From NCBI RefSeq assembly GCF_031769215.1, contig NW_026781947.1, positions 62,001 through 95,442 of the forward strand: DNA of 33,442 bases, in the 5' to 3' direction. The position numbers were made by a program, and so were the translations under genes. Of the stretch, positions 32,398 to 33,442 are shown in pieces. This stretch comes from Ylistrum balloti (Eukaryota). The notes below the pieces were generated by a model. That model was not told where the DNA came from. It saw nothing but the letters and a program-made list of their open reading frames with translations, and made no database searches. Each line of letters opens with the position of its first letter. Within the stretch, counting starts at the first letter, position 1.

Positions 32398-33442
32398 CGA
32401 TATCAAAATTAAATTTGAATCGGCATCTAGACATTATGCAATAATGATTGAAACAATTATTTGCTTTGATGACTACCATTAATTTGAATTTAAATTTTCA
32501 AATACATTTTTTTCAATGAAAATTTGAAACATTTCGTAATCCCTTGCAAATACAGTGATGATGAAATAAATCTCTTGAAATCGTATGTTTCGTCAAATCA
32601 TCGAAGCCGCAAATGCAAGTGCGAACTATCATCTGATTTTCACGTTAATTCCATAAAAAAATCCAGGTGCGGTGAATAACTTTTGGCCGGGTTGATATCA
32701 ATAGTTTTTGTTAAACCGTGATAATAGTTTCCACAGTACAATGTCCATTACTAATTACACAAACCTGGTTTAAAGAACGTTTATTTACTTCAAATACATT
32801 TTTACTCTAAAGTTTGTTCATGACGTAATACTACTAATATGAAAGGGAGCATTATGACGGCAGCAATTTTGGTATTTTAGCAATATTAAATAATTTTAAT
32901 GATGATTTAATAATTGAATAAACATTGTTTATTGTTAACAATTATGCTTGACAATCTCACTAAAGGACATGTTTTTCAACAGCAGTTAATAATCATCTTT
33001 TTTTGATTCCACGAGGTAGGAGGGGAAGATTCTTATATGTGCTTTCACATATTTATTTGAATTAAATTCCTGAACTCATTGACAAAGTAATTAATGTATT
33101 CCGCTTAAAGAAATCATGGTCAACTCTGTGAAATAAAAGACTTGTTCATTGAATTCTTTAGCAATAATTTGATTAGTTCTGCACGAATGACGGCCTGGAT
33201 CTCGATTTGATACCCAGACTAACCGGATCTCAGACTGAAACACACTTTTAGTCGGTGTCTCGGATGTCGGGATTTTTGTGTGTTTTGAATTGGTTCCTGT
33301 ATTAAGGAGAAATGATTTAAAACAAGAAGGTTGTCATTTATTGATACAAAACACACCCAATGAACGCCATAAGCGACAACAATTTGCATATTTACATTAG
33401 AAATGGTGGTACTCGGTTGTATCGAATGGAGTCTGGGACCTC

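Overview
AT-rich, intron-containing animal genomic DNA. It is probably from a bivalve mollusc, inferred from the SINE, HINE, Penelope-like and CR1-group repeat types; the species cannot be assigned from sequence alone. There are two host-gene candidates. One is the last coding exon (TM7, helix 8, C-tail) of an alpha-1-adrenergic-type GPCR on + (5961-6469). The other is a convergent, unrecognised 165-aa secreted protein on - (11516-12013), built of alternating acidic and lysine-rich repeat blocks. Most of the rest is retroelement- and Helentron-derived. A full-length CR1-group LINE with open ORFs (~14760-21030, +) has a 2A-like GDIHPNPGP motif and a hairpin-forming tandem array between ORF1 and ORF2. 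An internally deleted, endonuclease-less relative sits in the GPCR intron (~1202-4470, -). There are also fossils of Hero-like, L2/Crack-like and Penelope-like elements, SINEs (one with a 9-bp TSD), HINE fragments, a nested CGCG-rich palindrome, a 21-bp minisatellite and a (TACA)n microsatellite. No CRISPR array, rRNA or intact tRNA was found. All family assignments come from motif recognition by eye; no database search was run.
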